A stretch of 26,346 bases of DNA from Micromonosporaceae bacterium (GTDB lineage: Bacteria; Actinomycetota; Actinomycetes; Mycobacteriales; Micromonosporaceae). Both the position numbers and the translations under genes were made by a program. Positions 13,594-22,450 of the stretch are shown in pieces. The notes beneath the pieces were generated by a model. The model searched no databases. It was given only the letters and a program-made list of their open reading frames with translations, and was not told the origin of the DNA. How positions within the stretch are numbered: the first letter of the stretch is position 1; every line of letters begins with the position of its first letter. Location: contig JBLNGJ010000562.1 in assembly GCA_050264675.1 (NCBI GenBank), forward strand, positions 1 to 26,346, written 5' to 3'.

Positions 13594-14999
13594 GGCGAGG
13601 TCCTCTCCGTCCAGGTGTGGCTGGCGGTGCCGGGAAGAAGCAGCGCCGAGACCGCGATGTGCGGGCCGGCCATGCGGATGACGTCGGTCGGGGTGGCCGG
13701 CGCGATGGTGACCAGCGCCGCCGGAGCGGCCGGCGCCGGGCGACCGCGCCGGGCCCGGCGTCGCACCGACCGCAGCGCGAGCGCCGCCAGGACCACCAGC
13801 AGCAGCCCGAGCACCGCCCAGGGCAGGAGCGAGCGCACCTGCGCCGCCAGGTCCCGGTTCGGCGGGATGGTCTCCGGGCCCGGCGGGTTCACGACCCCGA
13901 CGTCCGGTGTCGGCTCGACCACGGAGGCGCAGACCGCGAGCGTGGGGTACTGGGTGTCGGCCTTGATGGCGGGGTCGTCGGCCGGGACGGCGGGTCGCCG
14001 TTGTTCGAGGGTCAGGCTCCATCCGGACGCATCGGAGGAGTCGAACGGCTGGCCGGGCAGGCTCATCGTGACGGTCGAGAACGAGTCCCACCCGTTGCTG
14101 TCGAAGCGACCGTTGGGGTCCACAGTGAACGGCGCCGTCGCTCCGGCGACGAGCACGCCGTTCGGGCAGGTGAGAAACATCTGCCCAACCCGGTGGAGAT
14201 CGCAGACCGGCGTGGCGAACAGCTCGTAGCAGAATGGTGCCGGGTCCGGCGGCAGCACGAGGGCAGGTCCGCGGACGACGGTGGTGTCCAACCCCGACCG
14301 GCTCGCACACACGGCGTAGGTGAACTCTGGCATGGGGAGGAAGCCGCCGTCGGACTCGCGCATCAGCCCGAAGACGCTCCACCGCGCGAGTGCCGAGTCG
14401 GGCAGGCTCGCCACCACGGTCTGGTCCGACGTCTTGCCCGGATCCTCGGTGGTCCGAAAACCGCCACCGGTCAGCCGCTCGCCGCGCGGGCAGCTGACCT
14501 GCGTCTCGGTCACCGACTTGCCGAACGTCTGCGATGTCAGGTACGAGCGGCTCAACCATTGGGGATCGGCGACGCAGGCGACGTAGACCTCGGCCGCTGG
14601 ATCCTTGCCGACCGGCTTCTCGACTGGGCGCACCTCCACGGTCCATGAGTCGACCACCGCCGCGTCCGGGGCGGGTTCGCCGTTGGCCAAGGACGGGAAG
14701 CTGCTCATGACCTTCTCGGCCTGGATGAGCTGGTAGCCACCGCTGACCAGCTGCTCGCCCGGCTGGCAGCTGGCCGTAGCCCGCTCGAGGCCCGGCTGCG
14801 CCGGCTGGGTTGACACGTGCCGGCGGATGACCGTCGGCTCGGCCACCTGCCAACGCGCCGGCGCGATCGTCCCGCCGCCATCAACCGGGCCGCCGGGCGA
14901 CGCAACGGGCGCGGCCACGAACCCCAGAAACCCGGCCAAAACCGCCAGCGCGACCGTCCGGCCGAGCCAGCGGCCGCGGCGAACGTCAAGCGTGCTCAT
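13590..14999 (-). CDS. Exported, C-terminally membrane-anchored protein with three Cys-containing repeats
   Basis: N-terminal signal-like segment (RRGRW followed by a hydrophobic stretch). Repeats SCQPGEQLVSGGY, SCPRGERLTGGGF and TCPNGVLVAGA, each closed by (A/V)C(V/A). C-terminal TM LLPWAVLGLLLVVLAALAL followed by RSVRRRARRGR. ATG at 14999 with a GGGAGA RBS. Confidence 0.75.
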   Translation of the reverse strand: MSTLDVRRGRWLGRTVALAVLAGFLGFVAAPVASPGGPVDGGGTIAPARWQVAEPTVIRRHVSTQPAQPGLERATASCQPGEQLVSGGYQLIQAEKVMSSFPSLANGEPAPDAAVVDSWTVEVRPVEKPVGKDPAAEVYVACVADPQWLSRSYLTSQTFGKSVTETQVSCPRGERLTGGGFRTTEDPGKTSDQTVVASLPDSALARWSVFGLMRESDGGFLPMPEFTYAVCASRSGLDTTVVRGPALVLPPDPAPFCYELFATPVCDLHRVGQMFLTCPNGVLVAGATAPFTVDPNGRFDSNGWDSFSTVTMSLPGQPFDSSDASGWSLTLEQRRPAVPADDPAIKADTQYPTLAVCASVVEPTPDVGVVNPPGPETIPPNRDLAAQVRSLLPWAVLGLLLVVLAALALRSVRRRARRGRPAPAAPAALVTIAPATPTDVIRMAGPHIAVSALLLPGTASHTWTERTSP

Positions 15000-15177
15000 G
15001 TCGATCTCCCCGGGGGTGATGACGGAGGCGCTCCTGGAGGAGATCACGGCCGAGCGGATTGCGATAGCGCCGAACCGCCACTGATGTGCTTCCGACAGAT
15101 ACCGTCCAGCTGCCCGGCCGTGGCGGTGCGGCGAAAACAGCTTTGCATGCGGCCGAGCCGGCTGATGTGATCAGGAC

Positions 15178-16449
15178 ATGCCGGCCCGGTTCACCCTGAC
15201 CAGACTGCTGCCACCACCAGGGTTGGCCCGCGCCATCGCGCTCCAGTCGGCGGTGATCGCTGTCGGTGGTGGCACCTTCCTCACCGGCAGCGTCGTGTTC
15301 TTCACCCACGTGCTCGGGCTCAGCCCGGTGCAGATCGGTGTCGGGCTCTCCCTGGCCGGCCTGATCAGCCTGGCCACGTCGCTGCCACTGGGCAGCCTGG
15401 CCGACCGGGTGGGCGGCCAGCGGGCCTGGGTGATCGGCGCCCTGGTCGAGGCGGCGGGCTTCGCCGCGTACCCGTTGATCCGGTCGTTTCTCGGCTTCGC
15501 GCTCGTCATGATGGTCACCGCGGCGGCCGACTCGTTCGCCAGTAGCGGTCGGACGATCTACACCGTCGACGCGCTGCCACCCGACGGGCGGGTCCGGGCG
15601 ATGGCGTTCGCCCGGTCGTATCTCAACGTGGGTTTCACCGTGGGTGCCGGCGTGGGCGCGGCCGCCCTCGCCATCAGCTCCACCTCCGCCCTGGTCGGCA
15701 TCGTGCTGCTGAACGCGGCCGTGCTGGTCGTCAACGCGTTCATGGTGGCCCGGCTGCCCGCCGCGCCGATCGTGCACCACGAACAGGTCCGCCGCTCACA
15801 GTTGGCCGTGCTGAGGGACCGCCCCTACGTGGTGCTCTGCCTGGTCATGGGCGTCATCTGGTTCCACGGCGTGATCTTCGCCGAGATCATTCCACTATGG
15901 GCGATCACGCATACCGATGCGCCCAAGCCCATTCTCGGCGCGCTCTTCGCGCTCAACACCGTGCTCGCCGTCGCGCTGCAGGTGCCGGCGGCGCGCGGCG
16001 CCGACTCACTCGCCGGCACCGCCCGGCTGTTGCGCCGGGCCGCGCTCGCCTCGGCGCTCGCCTGCCCGGTGGCCGCGTTCGCCGGAATGACGGCCGGCGC
16101 ATTGACCGTGGCCGCGCTCGGCCTGGCCGTGGTTCTGGTGACGACGACCGAGCTGTGGAACTCGGCCGCCCAGTGGTTCATCCAGACCGACGTGCCACCC
16201 GCCGGCCAGCGGGGCGCCTACGTCGGGCTGGGTCGCACGGTCGGCTCCGCCGCCCGGATGGTGGCCCCGGCGGGGCTCACCCTGCTCGCGATCCAGACGG
16301 GCGGTTGGGGCTGGTGGGTCATCGCGAGCATCTTCGTGGGCGCCGCCGTCCTGGCCGGACCGGCGGTTGCCTGGGTCGCCCGTACGCCGAGGATCGGCCG
16401 GTCGACCGCCGCGGACGAGGAGCTGGTCGCGGCCGTACCGGCCCATTAG
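15178..16449 (+). CDS. MFS transporter
   Basis: 423 aa with about 12 hydrophobic segments and MFS motif A-like GSLADRVGGQR. Confidence 0.9.
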   Translation: MPARFTLTRLLPPPGLARAIALQSAVIAVGGGTFLTGSVVFFTHVLGLSPVQIGVGLSLAGLISLATSLPLGSLADRVGGQRAWVIGALVEAAGFAAYPLIRSFLGFALVMMVTAAADSFASSGRTIYTVDALPPDGRVRAMAFARSYLNVGFTVGAGVGAAALAISSTSALVGIVLLNAAVLVVNAFMVARLPAAPIVHHEQVRRSQLAVLRDRPYVVLCLVMGVIWFHGVIFAEIIPLWAITHTDAPKPILGALFALNTVLAVALQVPAARGADSLAGTARLLRRAALASALACPVAAFAGMTAGALTVAALGLAVVLVTTTELWNSAAQWFIQTDVPPAGQRGAYVGLGRTVGSAARMVAPAGLTLLAIQTGGWGWWVIASIFVGAAVLAGPAVAWVARTPRIGRSTAADEELVAAVPAH

Positions 16450-16466
16450 TCGCGACACCTCGGCGC

Positions 16467-17024
16467 TCAGTGGTGCCAGGGCAGCTGGACCGCCGGCTGC
16501 GGCACCCGGCCGGCGAGCAGCTCGGTCAGCAACCCGACCAGGCCGTACGGGTAGATGGTCTCGGTCGTCGCGACCAGCTCATCCACCGTCCACCAGCGGT
16601 GGCCGGCGTGGTGTCGGCGTTCCCGCGCCTCCATCCGGCTGATGTCGATGTCGTGCGCGTCGACGCGGTGGCAGAAGAAGTCATCCCGGAAAAGGCCGTT
16701 GGCCCAGCCGAGCTCGGCGTGACCGGTGGCGAACGCGACCGGCCGGCCCAGCTGATCACCGGTCACGGCGAGCCCGGTCTCCTCGTACAGTTCCCGCGCC
16801 GCGGCCTGGGACAGCGATTCGCCGCCGTGCACACCGCCGCCGGGCGTCACCCAGCCGTGGCTCGGCTGGCCCGGGTCGGCCGGTGCAGAAGCGTTGCGGT
16901 CGACATGGAACCGCAGCAGCAGGATGCGCCCGGTCTCGTCCAGCAGCAGCACCCGGGCGGAACGGCGAACGTACGGTTCCTGGTCGGGCACCGGCGTCGG
17001 GTCACTCGGCCCGGATGTCGTCAA
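16467..17024 (-). CDS. NUDIX hydrolase
   Basis: Complete Nudix box GGVHGGESLSQAAARELYEETGL, preceded by RRSARVLLLD. The TTG at 17024 overlaps the upstream stop (TTGA); an alternative start is GTG at 16991. Confidence 0.88.
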   Translation of the reverse strand: MTTSGPSDPTPVPDQEPYVRRSARVLLLDETGRILLLRFHVDRNASAPADPGQPSHGWVTPGGGVHGGESLSQAAARELYEETGLAVTGDQLGRPVAFATGHAELGWANGLFRDDFFCHRVDAHDIDISRMEARERRHHAGHRWWTVDELVATTETIYPYGLVGLLTELLAGRVPQPAVQLPWHH

Positions 17025-19414
17025 CCGGAATCCAGGCTCGATGGAGTTGGCGGTCGCCAGCGCGCGTGCCGGGTGAGCGGCGGGCCCTCGCGTACCAGCT
17101 GCAGGCGGGGCCGGGGGCCGTCGGTGCGTCCGGTCGGCGGCTTGGCCCGGCCGGCCCGGAACTGCGGTGGCCACTCCGCGCCGGGGCCGGCGTACTCCTG
17201 CTCGGCCGCGGCATGCAAGGTCCACTGTGGGTCGTACAGGTGCGGACGGCCCAACGCCACCAGGTCGGCCCGGCCGGCCAGCAGCACCGAGTTCACATCG
17301 TCGTAGGAGGAGATCGCCCCGACCGCGATCACCGCGATGCCGCATTCCCGGCCGACCTCGTTGCGGATCCGGTCGGCGTAGGGCGTCTGGTAACTGCGGC
17401 CGAAGGCCGGGCGTTCCGAGCGCACCACCTGGCCGGTCGAGACGTTGATGGCGTCGGCGCCATGCTCGGCGAACGCGCGGGCGATCTGCACCGCCTCCTC
17501 GACGTCGTTGCCGCCCTCGGCCCAGTCGGTGGCCGAGATGCGCACGCTGATCGGCCGCGCCGACGGCCACGCGGCGCGCACCGCGTCGAAGACCCGCAAC
17601 GGATAGCGCAGCCGGTTGACCATCGGCCCGCCGTACTGGTCCACCCTCCGGTTCGACAGCGGCGACAGGAACGAGGAGAGCAGGTAGCCGTGGGCACAGT
17701 GCAGCTCCAGCAGGTCGAACCCGGCCCGGCCGGCGGCCTCGGTCGCCGCCGCGAACTCGTGCACGATCTGTTCCATCTCGGCCTCGCTGAGCTCGCGGGG
17801 CGTCTGGTTAGCCGGTGAGTAGGGCAGTGGCGACGGGCCGACGACCGGCCAGTTCCCCGCCGGCAGCGGCTCGTCGATGCCTTCCCACATCAGCTTCGTC
17901 GACCCCTTGCGGCCGGAGTGGCCGAGCTGCACGCCGAGCTTCGCGGTCGTGGTGCGGTGGGTGAACTCGACAATGCGGGCCCAGGAGCGCTCCTGCTCCT
18001 CGGTGTAGATGCCGGCGCACCCGGGGGTGATGCGGCCGGTGGGGGAGACGCAGACCATCTCGGTCATCACCAGCCCAGCCCCGCCGAGCGCCTTGCTGCC
18101 CAGGTGCACCAGGTGAAAGTCGCCGGGAACTCCGTCTGCGGCCGAGTACATGTCCATCGCCGAGACCACGACGCGGTTCTTCAACTCCAGCTGACCCAGG
18201 CGGAACGGCTGGAACATCGGCGGCCGGGGGGCGGCCGGGCCGGGCAGCACACCTCGCCGGACCCCGTCCCCGGCGAACCAGGTGTCCATTGTGGTCATGA
18301 ACTCCGGGTCCCGCAGCCGGTGGTTGTCGTTGGTGATGCGCCGGCGGCGCGTCTTGTTGTTGAATGCGAACTGGGTCGGCTCCTGGTGCACGTAGTGGCC
18401 GATGTTCTCAAACCACTCCAGGCTGGCCTGGGCGGCCCGCTGGGTGGAGAGCACTACCGGGCGCCGCTCGGTTTCGTAGGCATCCAGGGCGGCCTCGACC
18501 CCGTCGTGTTCGTGCAGGCACGCGGCGAGCGCGAGCGCATCTTCCATGGCCAGTTTGGTGCCCGAGCCGATGGAGAAGTGGGCGGTGTGTGCGGCGTCCC
18601 CGAGCAGGACCACGTTGCCGGTGCGCCAGGTCTGGTTGCGAACGGTGACGAAGCTCTGCCACTTGGAGTTGTTCGCCAGCACCTCGTGGCCGTCGAGCAG
18701 ATCGACGAAGAGGGTGCGGATGGTGGCGATCGACTTCTCGTCGCTGACCCCCGGCGGAAACTCCCCCGCGGCGAACCCGGCCCGCCGCCAGACGTCCTCG
18801 TGCATCTCAACGATGACCGTGCTGCGATGCGCGTCATACGGGTAGCCATGGATCTGCATGACACCGTGCGGTGTCTCGTAGACGTAGAACTTGAACGCGT
18901 CGAAGACCAGGTCGGTGCCGAGCCAGATGTACTTGCTGCGGCGCACGTCGATGCTCGGGCCGAAGGCGTCGGCGTAGCGGCCGCGGACCGTGGAGTTGGC
19001 GCCGTCGGCCCCGACGACGAGGTCGTACTCGCGGCGCAGCCCTTCGACATCGGGTGCCTCGGTGCGGTAGTGCACGGTGACGCCCAGCTCGGCGCAGCGT
19101 TCCTGCAGGATCTGCAGCAGCTCGGTGCGGCTCATCGCGGCGAAGCCTTGGCCGCCGAGCGTGGTCACCGTGTCGTGGAAGTGCACGTCGATGTCGTCCC
19201 AGCGGGCGAAGCGCTTCGCCATGCGGGCGTGGATAACCGTGTCGGCGTGCTCGATGCCGCCCAGCGTCTCGTCGCTGAAGACCACGCCGAACCCGAACGT
19301 GTCGTCGGGGGCGTTGCGCTCCCAGACCGTTACCTCGTGCCCGGCGTTCATCGCCTTGACCAGGGCGCCCAGGTAGAGGCCGCCCGGGCCGCCACCTACC
19401 GTTGCGATCCGCAC
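17021..19414 (-). CDS. Bifunctional salicylyl-CoA 5-hydroxylase/oxidoreductase (SdgC/AbmA-like; FAD monooxygenase plus OYE-like domain)
   Basis: GGGPGGLY, GADGANS and GDAAHTAHFSIGSGTKLAMEDA flavin motifs, plus WERNAPDDTFGFGVVFSD. The C-terminal OYE domain has ELHCAHGYLLSSFLSP. GTG start at 19414 (VRIATVGGG). Confidence 0.9.
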   Translation of the reverse strand: MRIATVGGGPGGLYLGALVKAMNAGHEVTVWERNAPDDTFGFGVVFSDETLGGIEHADTVIHARMAKRFARWDDIDVHFHDTVTTLGGQGFAAMSRTELLQILQERCAELGVTVHYRTEAPDVEGLRREYDLVVGADGANSTVRGRYADAFGPSIDVRRSKYIWLGTDLVFDAFKFYVYETPHGVMQIHGYPYDAHRSTVIVEMHEDVWRRAGFAAGEFPPGVSDEKSIATIRTLFVDLLDGHEVLANNSKWQSFVTVRNQTWRTGNVVLLGDAAHTAHFSIGSGTKLAMEDALALAACLHEHDGVEAALDAYETERRPVVLSTQRAAQASLEWFENIGHYVHQEPTQFAFNNKTRRRRITNDNHRLRDPEFMTTMDTWFAGDGVRRGVLPGPAAPRPPMFQPFRLGQLELKNRVVVSAMDMYSAADGVPGDFHLVHLGSKALGGAGLVMTEMVCVSPTGRITPGCAGIYTEEQERSWARIVEFTHRTTTAKLGVQLGHSGRKGSTKLMWEGIDEPLPAGNWPVVGPSPLPYSPANQTPRELSEAEMEQIVHEFAAATEAAGRAGFDLLELHCAHGYLLSSFLSPLSNRRVDQYGGPMVNRLRYPLRVFDAVRAAWPSARPISVRISATDWAEGGNDVEEAVQIARAFAEHGADAINVSTGQVVRSERPAFGRSYQTPYADRIRNEVGRECGIAVIAVGAISSYDDVNSVLLAGRADLVALGRPHLYDPQWTLHAAAEQEYAGPGAEWPPQFRAGRAKPPTGRTDGPRPRLQLVREGPPLTRHARWRPPTPSSLDSG

Positions 19415-19421
19415 CCAGGAC

Positions 19422-21050
19422 TCACGTGGGGGTGGCGCCGACGTCGCGGCGCTCGCGGAGGTGGAAGCGTTGCAGCTTGCCGGTGGCGGTGCGGGGCAGG
19501 GAGTCGACGAACTCGATGGCCCGCGGGTATTTGTACGGCGCGATGAGACCCTTGACGAACTCCTGCAGCTCGGTGACCTTCGCCGCGTCGCCCAGGACGC
19601 CCTCGCGCAGCACCACCACACCGGCGACGATCATCCCCCGCTCGTCGTCGGGGCGGCCGACGACGGCACACTCCGCCACGTCCGGGTGTTGCTCGAGCGC
19701 CCACTCGACCTCGGGCGCGCCGATGTTGTGCCCAGCCGAAATGATCATGTCGTCGCTGCGGGCCTGATACCACAGGTAGCCATCGGCGTCGCGGATGTAG
19801 GTGTCGCCGGTGACGTTCCAGCCGTGCTGCACATAGGACGCTTGCCGGGTATCGGCGAGGTAGCGGCACCCGGTCGGGCCGGTCACGGCCAGCCGGCCGG
19901 GCGTGCCATCCGGCACCGGCTGACCGTCGGCGTCGAGCACCGCCGTCTCGTACCCGGGCACGGCGCGCCCGGTGGCCCCGGGGCGGATGTCATCGTCGGC
20001 CGCGGAGACGAAGATGTGCAGCATCTCGGTCGTGCCGAGGCCGTTGATGATGCGCACCCCGGTCACGTCGAGAAACTCCTGCCACACCGACTGCGGCAGG
20101 TGCTCGCCGGCCGAGACGGCCCGGCGCAGGCCGGTCAGGCTGGCACCCTTGCCGGCCCGCAGCATCGCCCGGTAGGCGGTGGGTGCGGTGAAGAGCACGT
20201 TCGCCCCGTACGCCTGCACCGCGTCGGCCAGTTCGGGCGGCGCGGCCCGCTCGAGCAGCAGGCTTGCGGCGCCCACCCGCAGGGGGAACACCACCAGACC
20301 ACCAAGGCCGAACGTAAAGGCCAGTGGCGGCGTCCCGGTGAACAGGTCGGTGGGCTCGGGCTTGAGGATGTACCGGGAGAACGTGTCGGCGTTGGCCAGC
20401 ACGTCGCGGTGGAAGTGCATGGTCACCTTGGGCACACCGGTCGTGCCCGAGGTCGCCGCGAGCAGGGCCACGTCGTCGGCGGCGGTTGCCACGTTGTCGT
20501 AGCGCCCGTCCTTGCCGGCACACCGGCCCAGCAGATCGCCGTCGTCCGCGCCGCCGTAACGGATCAACGGCAGGTCGGGTGCGGCGTCGTCGAGTTCGTC
20601 CACCAGCCGGGCGTCGCAGATCAGCACGGCCGGCCGGGTCAGCCCGATGAGTGTGGTCAGCTCGGCCCGGCGCAGGAGCGGCATGGTGGTCACCACCACG
20701 CCGCCCGCCTTGAGCACGCCGAACCAGCTCGCCACCAGCCAGGGGTTGTTGGGCCCGCGCAGCAGCACGCGCTGACCCGGCACCAGGCCGAAGTCGTCGG
20801 TGAGCACCGCGGCCACCTGGTTGGCCCGGGTGAGCAGCTCCTGGTAGGTCCACGTCTGGCTCGGCGCGCGCAGGCAGGTCCGGTCGCCGCCCAGGCGCGC
20901 AATGGTCTCGTCGAGCAGGGCCTCGGCACAGTTGAGCCGTTCTGGATAGGCCAGCTCCGGCAGGGTGAACTGGAACCGCGGCCACTGCTGGGCCGGGGGA
21001 AGGTTGTCCCGGCAGAAGGTGTCGACGTGGGCAGAGGGTGACAGCTGCAC
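19422..21050 (-). CDS. Aryl-CoA ligase (benzoate/2-aminobenzoate-CoA ligase family, AMP-binding)
   Basis: A3 TSGTTGVPK, GLGTTE, GD motif, RSDDMI and A10 YKYPR. GGAGG RBS 7 nt before GTG at 21050. The N-terminus SAHVDTFCRDNLPP is typical of AbmG-like ligases. Confidence 0.9.
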   Translation of the reverse strand: MQLSPSAHVDTFCRDNLPPAQQWPRFQFTLPELAYPERLNCAEALLDETIARLGGDRTCLRAPSQTWTYQELLTRANQVAAVLTDDFGLVPGQRVLLRGPNNPWLVASWFGVLKAGGVVVTTMPLLRRAELTTLIGLTRPAVLICDARLVDELDDAAPDLPLIRYGGADDGDLLGRCAGKDGRYDNVATAADDVALLAATSGTTGVPKVTMHFHRDVLANADTFSRYILKPEPTDLFTGTPPLAFTFGLGGLVVFPLRVGAASLLLERAAPPELADAVQAYGANVLFTAPTAYRAMLRAGKGASLTGLRRAVSAGEHLPQSVWQEFLDVTGVRIINGLGTTEMLHIFVSAADDDIRPGATGRAVPGYETAVLDADGQPVPDGTPGRLAVTGPTGCRYLADTRQASYVQHGWNVTGDTYIRDADGYLWYQARSDDMIISAGHNIGAPEVEWALEQHPDVAECAVVGRPDDERGMIVAGVVVLREGVLGDAAKVTELQEFVKGLIAPYKYPRAIEFVDSLPRTATGKLQRFHLRERRDVGATPT

Positions 21051-21100
21051 GGCCGACCTCCCGCGGTGTGGGACGTGCGGAGACCCTCAGTATGCGCTCT

Positions 21101-21134
21101 CCTTGACGACAGTCAAGGCTGCGACATATGTCGC
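21101..21134. promoter_or_regulatory. Divergent promoter/operator region with two adjacent palindromes, CCTTGAC-N4-GTCAAGG and GCGACATATGTCGC
   Basis: Both palindromes read directly (21101-21118 and 21121-21134). The first places TTGAC(G/T) -35-like hexamers on both strands. On the minus strand CATACT (21094-21089) lies 16 nt downstream of TTGACT. Confidence 0.65.
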
Positions 21135-21163
21135 GCGGGCTGGGAAGCAACTACGGTGAAGCA

Positions 21164-22012
21164 ATGCCGGTGACGCGCAGCGCGGCGACGGTCGGCCGCG
21201 CCGAGCGCCGGCACGCCGAGGCGCAGCCGCGCGAGCTCATTGTGAGCCTCTACGGCCTCTATGCGCGGGAGCAACCGAACTGGCTGTCGGTGGCGTCGCT
21301 GGTGCGGTTGATGAGTGAGCTCGGTGTCGACGCGCCGGCCGTCCGGTCCTCGGTGTCGCGGCTCAAACGGCGCGACACCCTGCGCAGCCTGCACATCGAC
21401 GGCGCCGCCGGCTATGCGCTCTCGCCCTCGACGCTGAAGGTGCTGCGGGCCGGCGACGACCGCATCTTCAACGGGCGTCGGGCGATGATCACCGACGGCT
21501 GGGTGCTGCTGGTCTTCTCGGTCCCGGAGACCGAGCGCGACCGGCGCCACGAGCTGCGCAGCTACCTGAGCCGGCTCGGGTTCGGCACCGTCACCCCCGG
21601 GGTATGGGTCGCCCCCAGCCACGTCGCCGCCGAGGCGCAGGACGTGCTGGCCGGCCGGGGCCTTGACTCCTATGTGGACATGTTCCGGGCCGACCATCTC
21701 GCCTTCGGTGACGTGCGGGCCAAGGTCGGCCAGTGGTGGGATCTCGCAGAGCTCTCCGCCCGCTTCGCTCAGTTCATCGCCGCGTACGCGCCAGCGGCCC
21801 GGCGACGCGGCGTACGGTCCGACCCGGCCGCCTTCCGCGAGTACGTGCCGATGCTGACCGCCTGGCGGCGGCTGCCCTACCTCGACCCCGGGCTACCGCT
21901 GGGGCTGCTCCCGGCCCGCTGGAACGGGGTGACCGCGGGCTCGGTCTTCGCCCGGCTCGACGGTCGGCTACGCGAGCCCGCCCGGCGTCACGCCCGGAGT
22001 CTCATCGGGTAG
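21164..22012 (+). CDS. PaaX-family transcriptional regulator
   Basis: SLYGLY, VRSSVSRLKRR, LGFGTVTPGVW and DPGLPLGLLP motifs. The start could be 21128, 21164 or 21170. Confidence 0.9.
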   Translation: MPVTRSAATVGRAERRHAEAQPRELIVSLYGLYAREQPNWLSVASLVRLMSELGVDAPAVRSSVSRLKRRDTLRSLHIDGAAGYALSPSTLKVLRAGDDRIFNGRRAMITDGWVLLVFSVPETERDRRHELRSYLSRLGFGTVTPGVWVAPSHVAAEAQDVLAGRGLDSYVDMFRADHLAFGDVRAKVGQWWDLAELSARFAQFIAAYAPAARRRGVRSDPAAFREYVPMLTAWRRLPYLDPGLPLGLLPARWNGVTAGSVFARLDGRLREPARRHARSLIG

Positions 22013-22438
22013 CTCGGTCTCATCGGGTAGCTCGGTCTCATCGGGTAGCTCGGCCAACCCTTGCAGCTCCACCAGAGCCTCGGCGTCCCAGAGCCGGGCC
22101 ACCCCGACGCCGGCCATCGCCGGGTAGTCCCGGCCGACCAGACGCCGCCAGACCGCCCCGATCTCGGCCGCGTGGCGATGGTAGTCGTCCATGTCGACGA
22201 TGTAGACGGTCAGGCTGGCCAGGTGGTGCGGCTGGCCGCCGGCCGCCCGCAGCGCGGTGAGCAGGTTGGTCAACGCCTGTTCGAACTGCTCCACGACACC
22301 GGCGCCGACGATCTGGCCGGCGCCGTCCAGCGCGGTCTGCCCGGCCAGGTGCACGGTGGTGGTGGCGGTCGCGCGTACCGCATGGGAGAAGCCCGACGGC
22401 GTTGGCAGCTCGGCCGGGTTGATACGTTCGAGGGTCAT
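21968..22438 (-). CDS. RidA/YjgF/YER057c/UK114-family protein with a repeat-extended C-terminus
   Basis: GFSHAV, LAGQTALD and YPAMAGVGVARL...VELQGLA. The tail is (ELPDET)x3, and the gene overlaps the PaaX 3' end. Confidence 0.88.
   Translation of the reverse strand: MTLERINPAELPTPSGFSHAVRATATTTVHLAGQTALDGAGQIVGAGVVEQFEQALTNLLTALRAAGGQPHHLASLTVYIVDMDDYHRHAAEIGAVWRRLVGRDYPAMAGVGVARLWDAEALVELQGLAELPDETELPDETELPDETPGVTPGGLA
21999..22052. repeat. Perfect tandem repeat, 18 bp x 3 (GTCTCATCGGGTAGCTCG)
   Basis: Copies at 21999-22016, 22017-22034 and 22035-22052, read directly, with no spacers. Confidence 0.97.
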
Positions 22439-22450
22439 CGCGGGGCCCCG

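Noticed and set aside
15143-15180. TTGCAT-N17-TGTGAT promoter implying a leaderless MFS transcript
   Set aside because: The -10 match is too weak to support without TSS data.
21999-22052. CRISPR-like array
   Set aside because: The units are contiguous with no spacers, only 18 bp long and inside coding sequence, and no cas genes are present.
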